Positions 8,873 to 18,714 of a DNA stretch of 64,000 nt are shown in pieces. The stretch spans positions 32,001 through 96,000 of the forward strand of contig CAXWPH010000003.1 of NCBI GenBank assembly GCA_963666055.2, given 5' to 3'. Below the pieces are notes generated by a model, which saw only the letters and a program-made list of their open reading frames with translations, made no database searches and had not been told where the DNA came from. The position numbers were made by a program, and so were the translations under genes. This stretch comes from Acidobacteriota bacterium. Its GTDB lineage: Bacteria > Acidobacteriota > UBA890 > WLXD01. Numbering within the stretch: position 1 is the stretch's first letter; every line of letters starts with the position of its first letter.

Positions 8873-9985
8873 ATGAACTTCCAATTCGTTCGATCCGGCT
8901 CACGCTACTCAATCTCCGTCGTGTTGCTGGCCGCGGGTGCCTTGGCGATGCTGTCGGCGGCAGGATGTGCCCGACAGTTGGCGTCGCAGGAGGCATCGAC
9001 GACGACGCCGACGTCTGCGCCTTCGTTGGCTGACACCGATACCGTGCTTGCAACGATCGACGGCGCGCCACTCCGTATGGGAGATCTGGACGACGCGGTC
9101 AACGATCGCCTGGCGGCGCTGGCGTTTGAATACAGCACGCAGCGATTTCAGCTTCTCGAAGCAGGCCTGAAGGGCGCCGTGAGGCGTCGGTTGCTCGATG
9201 CCGAGGCCACTCGTCGCGGCACCACCACGGAAGAGATGGTGGAGGCCGAGATCACCTCGGGGATTCAGGTTACCGCCGAAGACGTGAACGCCTGGCACCA
9301 GGCCAACAGTGCTCGCCTCCAGGGACAGTCACTGGAGGCTCTGCGTCCGGCGATCGAGGAGTTCCTCTTCGAGCAACTACAGGAAGAGGGCACTGAAGCT
9401 TTCACCGCTGAGCTGGCGGCGGATCGCGACGTTACCGTGCTGCTGGAGCCGGTTCGTGCCGATATCGAGACCGAGGGCTACCCGACCCTCGGTCCCGCTG
9501 ACGCGCCGGTCACGCTCGTCGAGTTCTCGGACTTCGAGTGCCCATTCTGCAGCCGTTTTACGCCGACCGTGGACCAGGTCAAGGAAGCGTACGCTGGCCG
9601 GATCCGCTTGGTGTACCGGCAGTTCCCGCTGCGCGAGATCCACCCGAACGCGCAGAAGGCCGCCGAGGCGTCGCTGTGCGCCGAGGAACAAGGGAAGTTC
9701 TGGGAGCTGCACGATCTGATGTTCGCAGAGCAGGACGCCCTGAGCGTCGATGAGCTCAAAGGCAAGGCGGGGCGGCTCGACATGGATACCCAGGCGTTCG
9801 CGATTTGTCTAGATTCAGACCGCTACGTGGATACAGTCCAGGCTGACCTGCGCGCCGGTCAACGTCTGGGTGTCAACGGCACCCCGGCCGTGTTCGTCAA
9901 CGGCCGTCCGATCCCGGGCGGGGCCGTCCCGTTCGAGACGATTGCCAAGATCATCGAGGAGGAGCTCGATCGAGCCGGACGCTAG
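8873..9985 (+). CDS. DsbA-family thiol-disulfide oxidoreductase lipoprotein
   Basis: Lipobox AAGC, EFSDFECPFC, GVNGTP cis-Pro motif, AGGAG RBS. Confidence 0.9.
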   Translation: MNFQFVRSGSRYSISVVLLAAGALAMLSAAGCARQLASQEASTTTPTSAPSLADTDTVLATIDGAPLRMGDLDDAVNDRLAALAFEYSTQRFQLLEAGLKGAVRRRLLDAEATRRGTTTEEMVEAEITSGIQVTAEDVNAWHQANSARLQGQSLEALRPAIEEFLFEQLQEEGTEAFTAELAADRDVTVLLEPVRADIETEGYPTLGPADAPVTLVEFSDFECPFCSRFTPTVDQVKEAYAGRIRLVYRQFPLREIHPNAQKAAEASLCAEEQGKFWELHDLMFAEQDALSVDELKGKAGRLDMDTQAFAICLDSDRYVDTVQADLRAGQRLGVNGTPAVFVNGRPIPGGAVPFETIAKIIEEELDRAGR

Positions 9986-10005
9986 CAGCCCATGGTGGAA
10001 GTGTG
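9982..10005 (+). repeat. Solo end of the CTAG-anchored element
   Basis: CTAGCAGCCCATGGTGGAAGTGTG spans the dsbA stop to the next start codon. Confidence 0.88.
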
Positions 10006-10962
10006 ATGGCAACCCTTCGGGCGATCCGGGTGATCGATTCGCACACTGGCGGTGAGCCGACGCGTCTGGTCCTCGATGGTGCCCCCGACCTCGGGTCGGG
10101 CACCGCGGCCGAGAGGCTGGCCCGCTTTCGCGACCATCACGACGACTTCCGCTCAACCGTGGTCAATGAGCCGCGCGGGTTCGACGCGATGGTCGGCGCA
10201 GTGCTTTGTGAGCCGTCCTCCGTCGACTGTGCCGCCCAGGTGATCTTCTTCAACAACGTCGGCTATCTGGGAATGTGTGTGCACGGCACCATCGGGGTGG
10301 CCGTGACCCTGGCGTCGATCGGCCGGCTGGTGCCCGGCGCGCATCGATTCGAGACCCCAGTCGGGGTCGTAGGGGTCGAGCTTCGGAACGATGGCCAGGT
10401 TGCTGTGGAGAACGTAGTCAGCTACCGGGTAGCGAGCGGTGTCGAGGTCGCAGTTGCCGAGATCGGCTCGGTGCGCGGCGATGTCGCCTGGGGCGGCAAC
10501 TGGTTTTTTCTGGTCGAAGAGCACGGCCAGCGCCTCGAGGCCGACAACGTGGTGGCGCTCACCGACTATTGCTGGGCGATTCGCAAGGCACTGCAAGCCG
10601 CCAGCGTCGTCGGCGACGATGGCGCCGAGGTTGATCACATCGAGCTGTCCGGGCCGCCGCCAACCGCAGCCACGGACAGCAAGAACTTCGTTCTCTGTCC
10701 GGGCCGCGAGTACGATCGCTCCCCGTGCGGCACCGGCACGAGCGCGAAGATGGCGTGTCTGTGGGCCGACGGCAAGCTGCTGCCCGGGCAAGCCTGGAGG
10801 CAGGAGGGCATCTTGGGCAGCCGCTTCGTGGGGAGCATAAGGGAGGTAGAGGGTGGTGTCTTGCCTACAATCGTCGGCACGGCCTGGGTGACGGGCGAGA
10901 GCACGTTGCTGGTTGGCGACGATGACCCGTTCGGAGCCGGGATTTGCGCCACTAGGCCATGA
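10003..10962 (+). CDS. 4-hydroxyproline 2-epimerase / proline racemase family
   Basis: DSHTGGEPTR, MCVHG, WGGNWF, DRSPCGTGTSA (two catalytic Cys). Confidence 0.92.
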   Translation: MMATLRAIRVIDSHTGGEPTRLVLDGAPDLGSGTAAERLARFRDHHDDFRSTVVNEPRGFDAMVGAVLCEPSSVDCAAQVIFFNNVGYLGMCVHGTIGVAVTLASIGRLVPGAHRFETPVGVVGVELRNDGQVAVENVVSYRVASGVEVAVAEIGSVRGDVAWGGNWFFLVEEHGQRLEADNVVALTDYCWAIRKALQAASVVGDDGAEVDHIELSGPPPTAATDSKNFVLCPGREYDRSPCGTGTSAKMACLWADGKLLPGQAWRQEGILGSRFVGSIREVEGGVLPTIVGTAWVTGESTLLVGDDDPFGAGICATRP

Positions 10963-12245
10963 ATCCGGTGCGCGACGTTGTCGTGGTGGGCGGGGGCGCC
11001 GTCGGCGTCTGCTGCGCCTACTTCCTGTGGCGCGACGGTCATGCGGTAACGCTTGTCGAACGTGGCGACGGCAGCGACGGCGCCTCGCACGGCAACGCCG
11101 GCATGCTCGTCCCGAGCCATGTCGTGCCGCTTGCGGCCCCTGGGGTGATCGGCCAAGGGCTGCGTTGGTTGTTCAAGCCCGATAGCCCGCTGTACATTCG
11201 CCCGCGCCTCGATGGCGAGCTGTTTCGGTGGCTTTGGCGTTTTCGGGCCTCGTGCACCGAGGCCCATGTGTGCCGTTCGGTCCCGGTGCTGCGCGACCTG
11301 ATGCTGGCGAGCGTTGACCTGTTCCGCGATCTCGCTCAGCTGGACGGCGTCGAGGTGGACCTACACGAGAACGGCATCTTGATGCCCTACGAAACGGAGG
11401 CTGGCAAGCGCCACGCTGTCAAGCACGCCGCGACACTGCGGGCCGCCGGTCTCCAGGTCGACGTGCTCGATGGGCGCGATCTCGGGGAGCTCGAGCCTGC
11501 CCTGCGCACGCCAGCGATCGGCGCCGCGTACTTTCGCCAGGACTGCCACGTTGACCCGTCGAGCTTCGTACGCACCCTGGCCGCCTACTTGCGGGCCCAC
11601 GGAGTCGAGATGCTCTCGTCGACCGAGGTCGCCGGATTCGACCGGCGAGGCGATCGAATCCATGCAGTTCGGACGCGCGATCAACTACTCGCAACCCGAT
11701 CGGTGGTTCTCGCGGCGGGTGCGTTCACCCAGCCACTAGGGGCTGCCGTGGGCGTGCGCGTTCCAGTACAACCCGGCAAGGGATACAGCGTGACGCTTCC
11801 TCGAGGCAGCTGTGGCCTGCGCATCCCGTTGCTCCTGCACGAGGCGGGGGTGACGGTGACGCCGATGAGCGACCAGCTGCGCTTCACAGGTGGGCTGGAG
11901 TTGGTGGGCCTCGATCGTTCGATCAAGCCGAGGCGAGTCGCCGCCATTCTCCGGCAGGTCACGGCGTATCTGCCGGAGACCGACACCGAAGCGATCGTTG
12001 CCGCCACGCATCGAGACCCGAATGCGGTCGCCCCAGCTATGTGGACAGGGTTTCGCCCCTGTAGCCCTGACGGGTTGCCGATCATCGGGAAGGCACCGGG
12101 GCTCACCAACCTGACGCTGGCTACCGGTCACGGCATGCTGGGGCTAGCGCTGGCGCCGATCACCGGGAAGTTGGTAGCGCATCTGGTATCCGGCGAGCCG
12201 ACCCCGATCGGTGTGACCGCACTCGATCCGGCACGGTTCGCATAG
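10959..12245 (+). CDS. D-amino acid dehydrogenase (probable D-hydroxyproline dehydrogenase)
   Basis: GGGAVG, ASHGNAG, GFRPCSPDGLPIIG, TGHGMLG; ATGA overlap with the epimerase. Confidence 0.88.
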   Translation: MNPVRDVVVVGGGAVGVCCAYFLWRDGHAVTLVERGDGSDGASHGNAGMLVPSHVVPLAAPGVIGQGLRWLFKPDSPLYIRPRLDGELFRWLWRFRASCTEAHVCRSVPVLRDLMLASVDLFRDLAQLDGVEVDLHENGILMPYETEAGKRHAVKHAATLRAAGLQVDVLDGRDLGELEPALRTPAIGAAYFRQDCHVDPSSFVRTLAAYLRAHGVEMLSSTEVAGFDRRGDRIHAVRTRDQLLATRSVVLAAGAFTQPLGAAVGVRVPVQPGKGYSVTLPRGSCGLRIPLLLHEAGVTVTPMSDQLRFTGGLELVGLDRSIKPRRVAAILRQVTAYLPETDTEAIVAATHRDPNAVAPAMWTGFRPCSPDGLPIIGKAPGLTNLTLATGHGMLGLALAPITGKLVAHLVSGEPTPIGVTALDPARFA

Positions 12246-12352
12246 TCGCCAACGCCGGCCGCGCCGACGGGGGCGACTGTATACAATGTTCAGAATACAA
12301 TTCTCAGGAAGGCCGGGATTGCCACCCCTATTTCGTTCCCGCCGGAGATGCA

Positions 12353-13711
12353 GTGAGAGTGAACGCGGACGGACGGTGGCGAGCGGCGTGGCGCGTCCTG
12401 GTGATGCTCGCGCTACTGGTCTCGGCGACGCCGGCACAGTTTCCGGTGTGGGCCGCCACGGCGCCACCCCAGGAGGCGGACCCGGACGGCACATCAAGGC
12501 CGGGGCCCGCGCTGCGCATCTTCCTCGATTGTGAGCGTCGCTGCGACTTCGACTATCTGCGACGCGAGGTGGCGTTCGTCAACTACGTGCTCGATCGTCG
12601 CGACGCCGATGTACACGTGCTCGTGACGAATCGGCGGACGGGTGCTGGAAACGAGTTCAGCCTCCAATTCATCGGCATCGACGAGTTCGCTGATGAGGTC
12701 GATACCCACGTTTTCACTACCTCGGACACCGATACGGACGACGAGGTGCGGAGGGCGCTCGGTAGCGTACTGACGCTCGGTCTGGCGCCCTATCTGTTGC
12801 GCACGCCGTTGGCCACCCAGATGCGCACCGCGCACGATGCCCCATCGACGTCGGGACCGATGGCGGCCACGCCGGACGAGGACCGGTGGAACTTCTGGGT
12901 GTTTCGCGTCGACGCCAACGCTTCTCTGCGAGGCGAGGAACGCCAGTCATCGCGCCAGGTCGAGGGCGACATCAGTGCGCGGCGGGTGACCGAAGGCTGG
13001 AAGATCTTCGTCGGCGTCGATGGTGAGTACGACGAGCGCAACTTCGAGTTCGATGATGGCGAAGAGCTCAAGAGCGTCGGGCGGGAATTCGGGTTCGGCG
13101 GCCAGGCGATCAAGAGTCTCGGGCCGCGTTGGGGCATCGGTGTGGGGATGGCCGGTGCTTCGTCGACGTTCTCCAACCTCGATCTGTCCAGCCGGGTAGC
13201 GGCGGCGCTCGAGCACAATCTCTTTCCGTACGATGCGTCGTCGCAGCGGCTGTTGACGCTGACCTATTTCGCCGGCGTAACACGCTACATCTTTCGCGAG
13301 GAGACGATCTTCGGACGGACAGAGCAGACGCTGGTCGACCACGGGCTGCTCGTCGCCCTCGAGCTCAATCGCCCATGGGGTGAGGCTGGCTTCACGCTCG
13401 AGGCTGCTCACCTGATCAACGATCCGGGAAAACACCGAGCCGAGATGCGCGGCCAGCTCGACTTCCGGGTCAGTCGCGGACTCAGGCTGAGCGTTTCTGG
13501 CAGGGCGTCGCTGGTCCGCGATCAGATCTTCCTGCCGGCTAGCGGTATCACCGACGAGGAGATTCTCCTGTCTCGCCGCGCCGTCGAAACCGATTTCCGG
13601 TATCGTGTCGGCTTCGGCGTGAACTATACATTCGGCTCGATCTTCAACAACGTCGTCAACCCGCGATTCGCCGGCTCGAGTCGAGGCTTCCATCGGATTC
13701 GGCGACGTTAA
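12353..13711 (+). CDS. Secreted or outer-membrane hypothetical protein (beta-barrel-like)
   Basis: Signal peptide, alternating beta-strand pattern, YTFGSIFNNVVNPRF C-terminus. Confidence 0.7.
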   Translation: MRVNADGRWRAAWRVLVMLALLVSATPAQFPVWAATAPPQEADPDGTSRPGPALRIFLDCERRCDFDYLRREVAFVNYVLDRRDADVHVLVTNRRTGAGNEFSLQFIGIDEFADEVDTHVFTTSDTDTDDEVRRALGSVLTLGLAPYLLRTPLATQMRTAHDAPSTSGPMAATPDEDRWNFWVFRVDANASLRGEERQSSRQVEGDISARRVTEGWKIFVGVDGEYDERNFEFDDGEELKSVGREFGFGGQAIKSLGPRWGIGVGMAGASSTFSNLDLSSRVAAALEHNLFPYDASSQRLLTLTYFAGVTRYIFREETIFGRTEQTLVDHGLLVALELNRPWGEAGFTLEAAHLINDPGKHRAEMRGQLDFRVSRGLRLSVSGRASLVRDQIFLPASGITDEEILLSRRAVETDFRYRVGFGVNYTFGSIFNNVVNPRFAGSSRGFHRIRRR

Positions 13712-13792
13712 ACGGTAGCTGACGAGTTGGCTCCGCTACTCGCCCGCGCTGCCTGCACGCCGGTGCGTTAGCTCGCCGGCGTATCGTTGCCG

Positions 13793-14263
13793 CTACATCC
13801 CGAGGTCCGTCAGGCCGGGATGATCTTCTGGCCGTGCTCCGGGCGCCTCCCAGTGGAACCGTCGGTCGGACTCTTGGATTGGCACGTCGTTGATGCTCGC
13901 CTCCCGCCGCCTCATGAGGCCGGAATCGTCGAACTCCCACTGCTCGTTGCCGTAGGCCCGGTACCAAGTGTCCAAGCTATCATGCCATTCGTATTGGAAG
14001 CGCACGGCGATGCGGTGATCGCCGTATACCCAGAGCTCCTTGATCAGCCTGTAGTCGAGCTCCTTGGCCCATTTGCGCTGCAGAAATGCGCCGATCGCCT
14101 CGCGGCCCTGGAGAAACTCGGCGCGGTTACGCCGCTTGCTGTCCTCGGTATAGGCCATGCACACGCGACCGGGATCGCGCGTGTTCCAGGCGTTCTCGGC
14201 GATGCGCACCTTGCGCACGGCGGAGTCGAAATCGAAGGGCGGTGTGATCGGCACGGCGGTCAT
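13793..14263 (-). CDS. DUF1348 / SnoaL-like NTF2-fold protein
   Basis: [42 protein letters not shown]. Confidence 0.9.
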   Translation of the reverse strand: MTAVPITPPFDFDSAVRKVRIAENAWNTRDPGRVCMAYTEDSKRRNRAEFLQGREAIGAFLQRKWAKELDYRLIKELWVYGDHRIAVRFQYEWHDSLDTWYRAYGNEQWEFDDSGLMRRREASINDVPIQESDRRFHWEAPGARPEDHPGLTDLGM

Positions 14264-14329
14264 GGGGCTTTCTCTGGCTCTGTGCGGGCGACCTTCCCGG
14301 CCTCCCTCTTTTCGGGTCGACGCCCGATG

Positions 14330-14395
14330 CTAGCAGGCGGTGGTGGAAGTGTGGCGGCGCCAAGGGTAACGACGACTTGGAGTCACTTGCGGCGC
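14330..14395 (+). repeat. Eroded longer copy of the CTAG-anchored element
   Basis: CTAGCAGGCGGTGGTGGAAGTGTGGCGG followed by GGGTAACGACGACTTGGAGTCACTTGCGGCG, which aligns to the internal arm GGGTTACGGTGATTTGGGGCCATCTGCGGCG of the full element. Confidence 0.85.
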
Positions 14396-14524
14396 CGTCT
14401 GCCGCGCTACTGCTTCTTGCCTCGGTCGGTTTCGTGAGGCGCGCCCAGCTGATAGGTTCGGTTCTCGAATTCTCCGGGTCAGTACGACACGGACCGTTCT
14501 TTCCGTATACCAGGAGACTCAAGC

Positions 14525-15931
14525 ATGGCCAGACTCACGCCTGATCCCAGCTTCTACCCGTCGCCCAAGGATGCTGCGAAGGCTGATCCGGAGGGGCTCG
14601 CATACGTTTCGTTGCTCAATTGCAACGACGACGGCAAGCCAGATGCCATCGGCGTTGTCGACGTCAATCCCGATTCCTCGGACTACGGGAAGCTCATCAG
14701 CCAGGTGGACATGTCGAGCGCCGGCGACGAGCTACACCACTTCGGCTGGAACGCCTGCAGCTCGTGCCTGTGCCCGTATGCGCCGCATCCGCATATGGAG
14801 AGACGCTATCTCGTGGTGCCGGGCATCCACTCGTCGCGCATCCACATCCTCGATACGCAGCCGGATCCGCGCAATCCGAAGATCATCAAGGTAATCCAAG
14901 CTGAAGAGCTGGCCGAGAAGACCGGTTACAGCGCTCCGCACACGGTGCATTGTGGCCCCGACGGGATCTATATCAGCGCCCTCGGCAATGCCGATGGCGA
15001 GGGTCCGGGTGGCATCTTCACCATGGATCACGAGACCTTCGAGCTCGGCGGCGCTTGGGAGGCCGATCGTGGCCCGCAGGAACTTGCTTACGATTTCGGC
15101 TGGCATCTCGGCCAGGACGCGATCGTCACCAGCGAGTGGGGCACCCCCAACATGGTCAGTAGCGGGCTCAATGCCGAGCTGTTGCTGGCCGGCAAGTACG
15201 GTCACGGGCTGCACTTCTGGGATCTGAAGACCCGCTCGCATGTGCAGGCGCTGGATCTCGGTGCCGAGCAGCAGATGGTGCTGGAGGTGCGCCCGGCGCA
15301 CGATCCGGCTCACGCGTATGGCTTCGTCGGTGTGGTGGTGTCGATCGAGGACCTGTCGGCCTCGATCTGGCTGTGGCGCAAGGGCGAGGGTAACGGCGAT
15401 GGCCCTTGGAGCATCAAGAAGGTGGTGACGATCCCGGCGCAGCCGGCCGATGCGGATGACCTGCCCGAGTTGCTCAAGGGCTTCGGCGCGGTGCCGCCGC
15501 TGGTTACCGACATCGACCTGTCGGTTGACGACAAGTTCCTCTATGTCTCGTGCTGGGGTATCGGGGAGTTCCACCAATACGACGTCAGCGACCCCGACAA
15601 CCCCAAGCTCGTCGGCAACGTCAAGCTCGGAGGGATCGTCAGCCGGACGCCGCATCCGGCCAAGCCGGATCAGCCGCTCAACGGCGGGCCGCAGATGGTC
15701 GAGGTGAGCCGCGACGGCAAGCGTGTGTACTTCACCAACTCGCTGTATTCACCGTGGGATGCACAGTTCTACCCGGACGGGATCCAAGGGTGGATGGTGA
15801 AGCTGGATGCTGATCCGAACGGCGGCATGGAGCTTGATCTACGGTTCCTGATGGAGACTGGAGGAATGCGCTCGCATCAGGTGCGGTTGGAAGGAGGCGA
15901 CGCGTCTTCGGACTCGTATTGCTTCAGCTAG
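14525..15931 (+). CDS. Selenium-binding protein SBP56 (methanethiol oxidase family), no signal peptide
   Basis: GDELHHFGWNACSS, PHTVHC, YDFGWH, GGPQMVEVSRDGKRVYFTNSLY, GGDASSD. Confidence 0.93.
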   Translation: MARLTPDPSFYPSPKDAAKADPEGLAYVSLLNCNDDGKPDAIGVVDVNPDSSDYGKLISQVDMSSAGDELHHFGWNACSSCLCPYAPHPHMERRYLVVPGIHSSRIHILDTQPDPRNPKIIKVIQAEELAEKTGYSAPHTVHCGPDGIYISALGNADGEGPGGIFTMDHETFELGGAWEADRGPQELAYDFGWHLGQDAIVTSEWGTPNMVSSGLNAELLLAGKYGHGLHFWDLKTRSHVQALDLGAEQQMVLEVRPAHDPAHAYGFVGVVVSIEDLSASIWLWRKGEGNGDGPWSIKKVVTIPAQPADADDLPELLKGFGAVPPLVTDIDLSVDDKFLYVSCWGIGEFHQYDVSDPDNPKLVGNVKLGGIVSRTPHPAKPDQPLNGGPQMVEVSRDGKRVYFTNSLYSPWDAQFYPDGIQGWMVKLDADPNGGMELDLRFLMETGGMRSHQVRLEGGDASSDSYCFS

Positions 15932-15944
15932 CAGGCCGTGGTGG
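15928..15944 (+). repeat. Truncated solo end supplying both a stop and the next start codon
   Basis: CTAGCAGGCCGTGGTGG: TAG ends SBP56 and GTG at 15938 starts the next gene. Confidence 0.75.
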
Positions 15945-16549
15945 CCTGGGCGGCGCTGTTCGCTCTGGGCGCGTTTCACGGCATCAACCCGGGTATGGGT
16001 TGGTTGTTTGCCGTAGCGCTGGGAATGCAGGAGCGCCGCCGCGCGGCGGTGTGGCGGACGCTCCTGCCGCTTGCCGTCGGCCATGCCTTTGCGGTGGCGG
16101 CGGCGCTGATGCTAGCTGTCGCGCTCGGGGTGGTGCTGCCGCTCGGAACGCTGAGGCTGATCGTCGCGGCGCTGCTGATCGGTTTCGGTGCGTACAAGCT
16201 GGTGCGGTCGCGGCATCCACGATACGGCGGCATGCAGATGTCGCAGTGGAATCTTGTGGTGTGGTCGTTTCTCATGGCATCGGCTCACGGCGCCGGGTTG
16301 ATGGTGGCACCGTTGCTCTTGGGCGCCGGAGGCCGCTCTGCGATGGACATGCCCGCCACCGCTGGCGCTGCCGTCGGACTCATGGCGGCGCTGGTGCACA
16401 CGGCGGGCTATCTGCTGGTGACTGGCGTGGTGGCGGTGATCGTCTATGAGTACTTCGGCGTTCTGTTTCTGCGCCGTGCTTGGATCAACCTTGACCTGAT
16501 CTGGGCCGTGGCGCTCGTGCTTACGGGTGTGGCTACCCTGCTGATCTAG
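15938..16549 (+). CDS. Membrane protein associated with SBP56
   Basis: LGAFHGINPGMGWLFAVA, MASAHGAG; several TM helices with intramembrane His. Confidence 0.8.
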   Translation: MVAWAALFALGAFHGINPGMGWLFAVALGMQERRRAAVWRTLLPLAVGHAFAVAAALMLAVALGVVLPLGTLRLIVAALLIGFGAYKLVRSRHPRYGGMQMSQWNLVVWSFLMASAHGAGLMVAPLLLGAGGRSAMDMPATAGAAVGLMAALVHTAGYLLVTGVVAVIVYEYFGVLFLRRAWINLDLIWAVALVLTGVATLLI

Positions 16550-16824
16550 CAGGCCGAGGTGGAAGTGTGACGGGCCTGGCGACAGGGTCGTGCGAGGCGG
16601 AGGCAAGGAGAAAGGAGGAGGCGATGGTTACCCCATCGTCGACGACGAACGACACAGCATACGCGCGCAACCCCCTATCGCCCGGAGGGTTACGGTGATT
16701 TGGGGCCATCTGCGGCGTTGACCTTCCTCGACGATCGCGGGGGCATCGCGAGCGTCAGGCCGCCTTGCATCTGGCCCCAACTCGCCGTAACCAGGCCCGC
16801 CACACTTCCACCACGGCCTGCTAG
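16546..16824. mobile_element. Complete MITE-like element: 271 bp (16550-16820), 30-bp TIRs, CTAG on both flanks
   Basis: Left CAGGCCGAGGTGGAAGTGTGACGGGCCTGG versus reverse complement of right end CAGGCCGTGGTGGAAGTGTGGCGGGCCTGG (28/30); CTAG at 16546-16549 and 16821-16824; no transposase. Confidence 0.9.
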
Positions 16825-16900
16825 CCTGGTTGTCAAGAAGGATGTCGACGATGTGACAAGGTCGAGTCGGAGAGGATCACTACACGGTTGCTGGGTGGCC

Positions 16901-16929
16901 GTGACGCACGATAGCGCAGCACGTACAAT
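16901..16929 (+). promoter_or_regulatory. Putative sigma70 promoter of the peroxiredoxin gene
   Basis: GTGACG-17 nt-TACAAT; GAGGAGG RBS downstream; TTGTCA-N18-TGACAA inverted repeat at 16830-16859. Confidence 0.45.
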
Positions 16930-16958
16930 GCGCCGCGGCCAAACTCGAGGAGGAAGGC

Positions 16959-17618
<660 letters not shown>

Positions 17619-17634
17619 CGGGCCGCACCCGAAG

Positions 17635-18174
17635 CTACCGGGTGGCGGATCCCAGGTCGACGAGCTGCGGGGCGTGCTCGTGTGCTTCGAGGAAACGGAG
17701 CATGTCCTGCGGCTGGATCGACGTTGTCCTGGCATTGTCCAGCGGGTGGAAGTTCCAGGCTGCGGCGTCGAGCAGGCTGCGCTCGATGGCGACCTGCACG
17801 TTGAGGCCGTGATCGTTGATCACGGCGAACGGTGTCACCGCGCCCGGGATCACTCCCAGGTTCTCCATCAGGCGCTGCGCGCTGCCGAACGAAAGTCGCC
17901 CGCTGCGGAGCAGAGTCGGCAGCTTCTTGAGATCGACGCGACGGTCCTCGCGGCACACCACGAGCCACATCTTTTTCTTCTTGTCACGTAGGAAGAGGTT
18001 CTTGGTGTGAGCTCCCGCTAGCTTGCCGCGGTGTGCCTTGGCCTCCGCGACGGTGAAAACGGGCTCGTGCTCGATCGTTTGCACGTCGATCTCGAGGTCA
18101 CTCAGGTGGCCGAGGAGGTCCTCGTAGGTAGCCGGCTCGCTGCCGTCGGCGAGGGTGTTGGGCGTCTCGGTCAC
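17635..18174 (-). CDS. Prolyl-tRNA editing protein (PrdX/ProXp-ala, YbaK superfamily)
   Basis: HEPVFTVAE, HTKNLFLRDKK, LSFGS, GVIPGAVTPF, NFHPLDN. Confidence 0.9.
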   Translation of the reverse strand: MTETPNTLADGSEPATYEDLLGHLSDLEIDVQTIEHEPVFTVAEAKAHRGKLAGAHTKNLFLRDKKKKMWLVVCREDRRVDLKKLPTLLRSGRLSFGSAQRLMENLGVIPGAVTPFAVINDHGLNVQVAIERSLLDAAAWNFHPLDNARTTSIQPQDMLRFLEAHEHAPQLVDLGSATR

Positions 18175-18584
18175 GGTGACCCTCCTTCGACGAGCTCATT
18201 CCAGATAGCTCGGTGCACCTTCCACGCGCCCTCGTCGCGGCGTAGCACACGTAGAAGCTTGTAGGCACGTTTGTCCTCTACTCCGGTCTGCGGATGGCGC
18301 GTGGTTCCGCGCACGATGCCCCATTCGAAGGCGTGATCGCCGACGATCTCGACCTCCTCGAACTCGAAGGCGTACTCGATTACTTCGACCGAAGATTCGG
18401 CGTTACCGGCTGCCTCGAGCTGCGCGAAGAGCTCCGGGCCTCGAAGGCGCGGTCCGCCAGGTGCGAGCATTACTCCGTCGTCGGTCCACAGCGCCGCGAG
18501 CGCCGCGTAGTCGCGTGCCTTCGCGGCTTTTACATCGCGCGCGTGGAGTGCCTCTATCGCAGCTCGGTCGTCCAGCTCGCTCAC
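18171..18584 (-). CDS. DUF4440/SnoaL-like NTF2-fold protein
   Basis: DRAAIEAL, LWTDDGV, GDHAFEWG, WKVHRAIWN. Confidence 0.8.
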   Translation of the reverse strand: MSELDDRAAIEALHARDVKAAKARDYAALAALWTDDGVMLAPGGPRLRGPELFAQLEAAGNAESSVEVIEYAFEFEEVEIVGDHAFEWGIVRGTTRHPQTGVEDKRAYKLLRVLRRDEGAWKVHRAIWNELVEGGSP

Positions 18585-18714
18585 CAGTCCTCCGGAACGT
18601 CGAACAATGATGCTCTGCCACAAAGTCGGAGACAACGATGAGCCACCCTACAGCCGCCTTGTACTCACGCCCGATCGCGGCGACTACGGCATGCCGGAGA
18701 CGTTGCTGCGGGTG

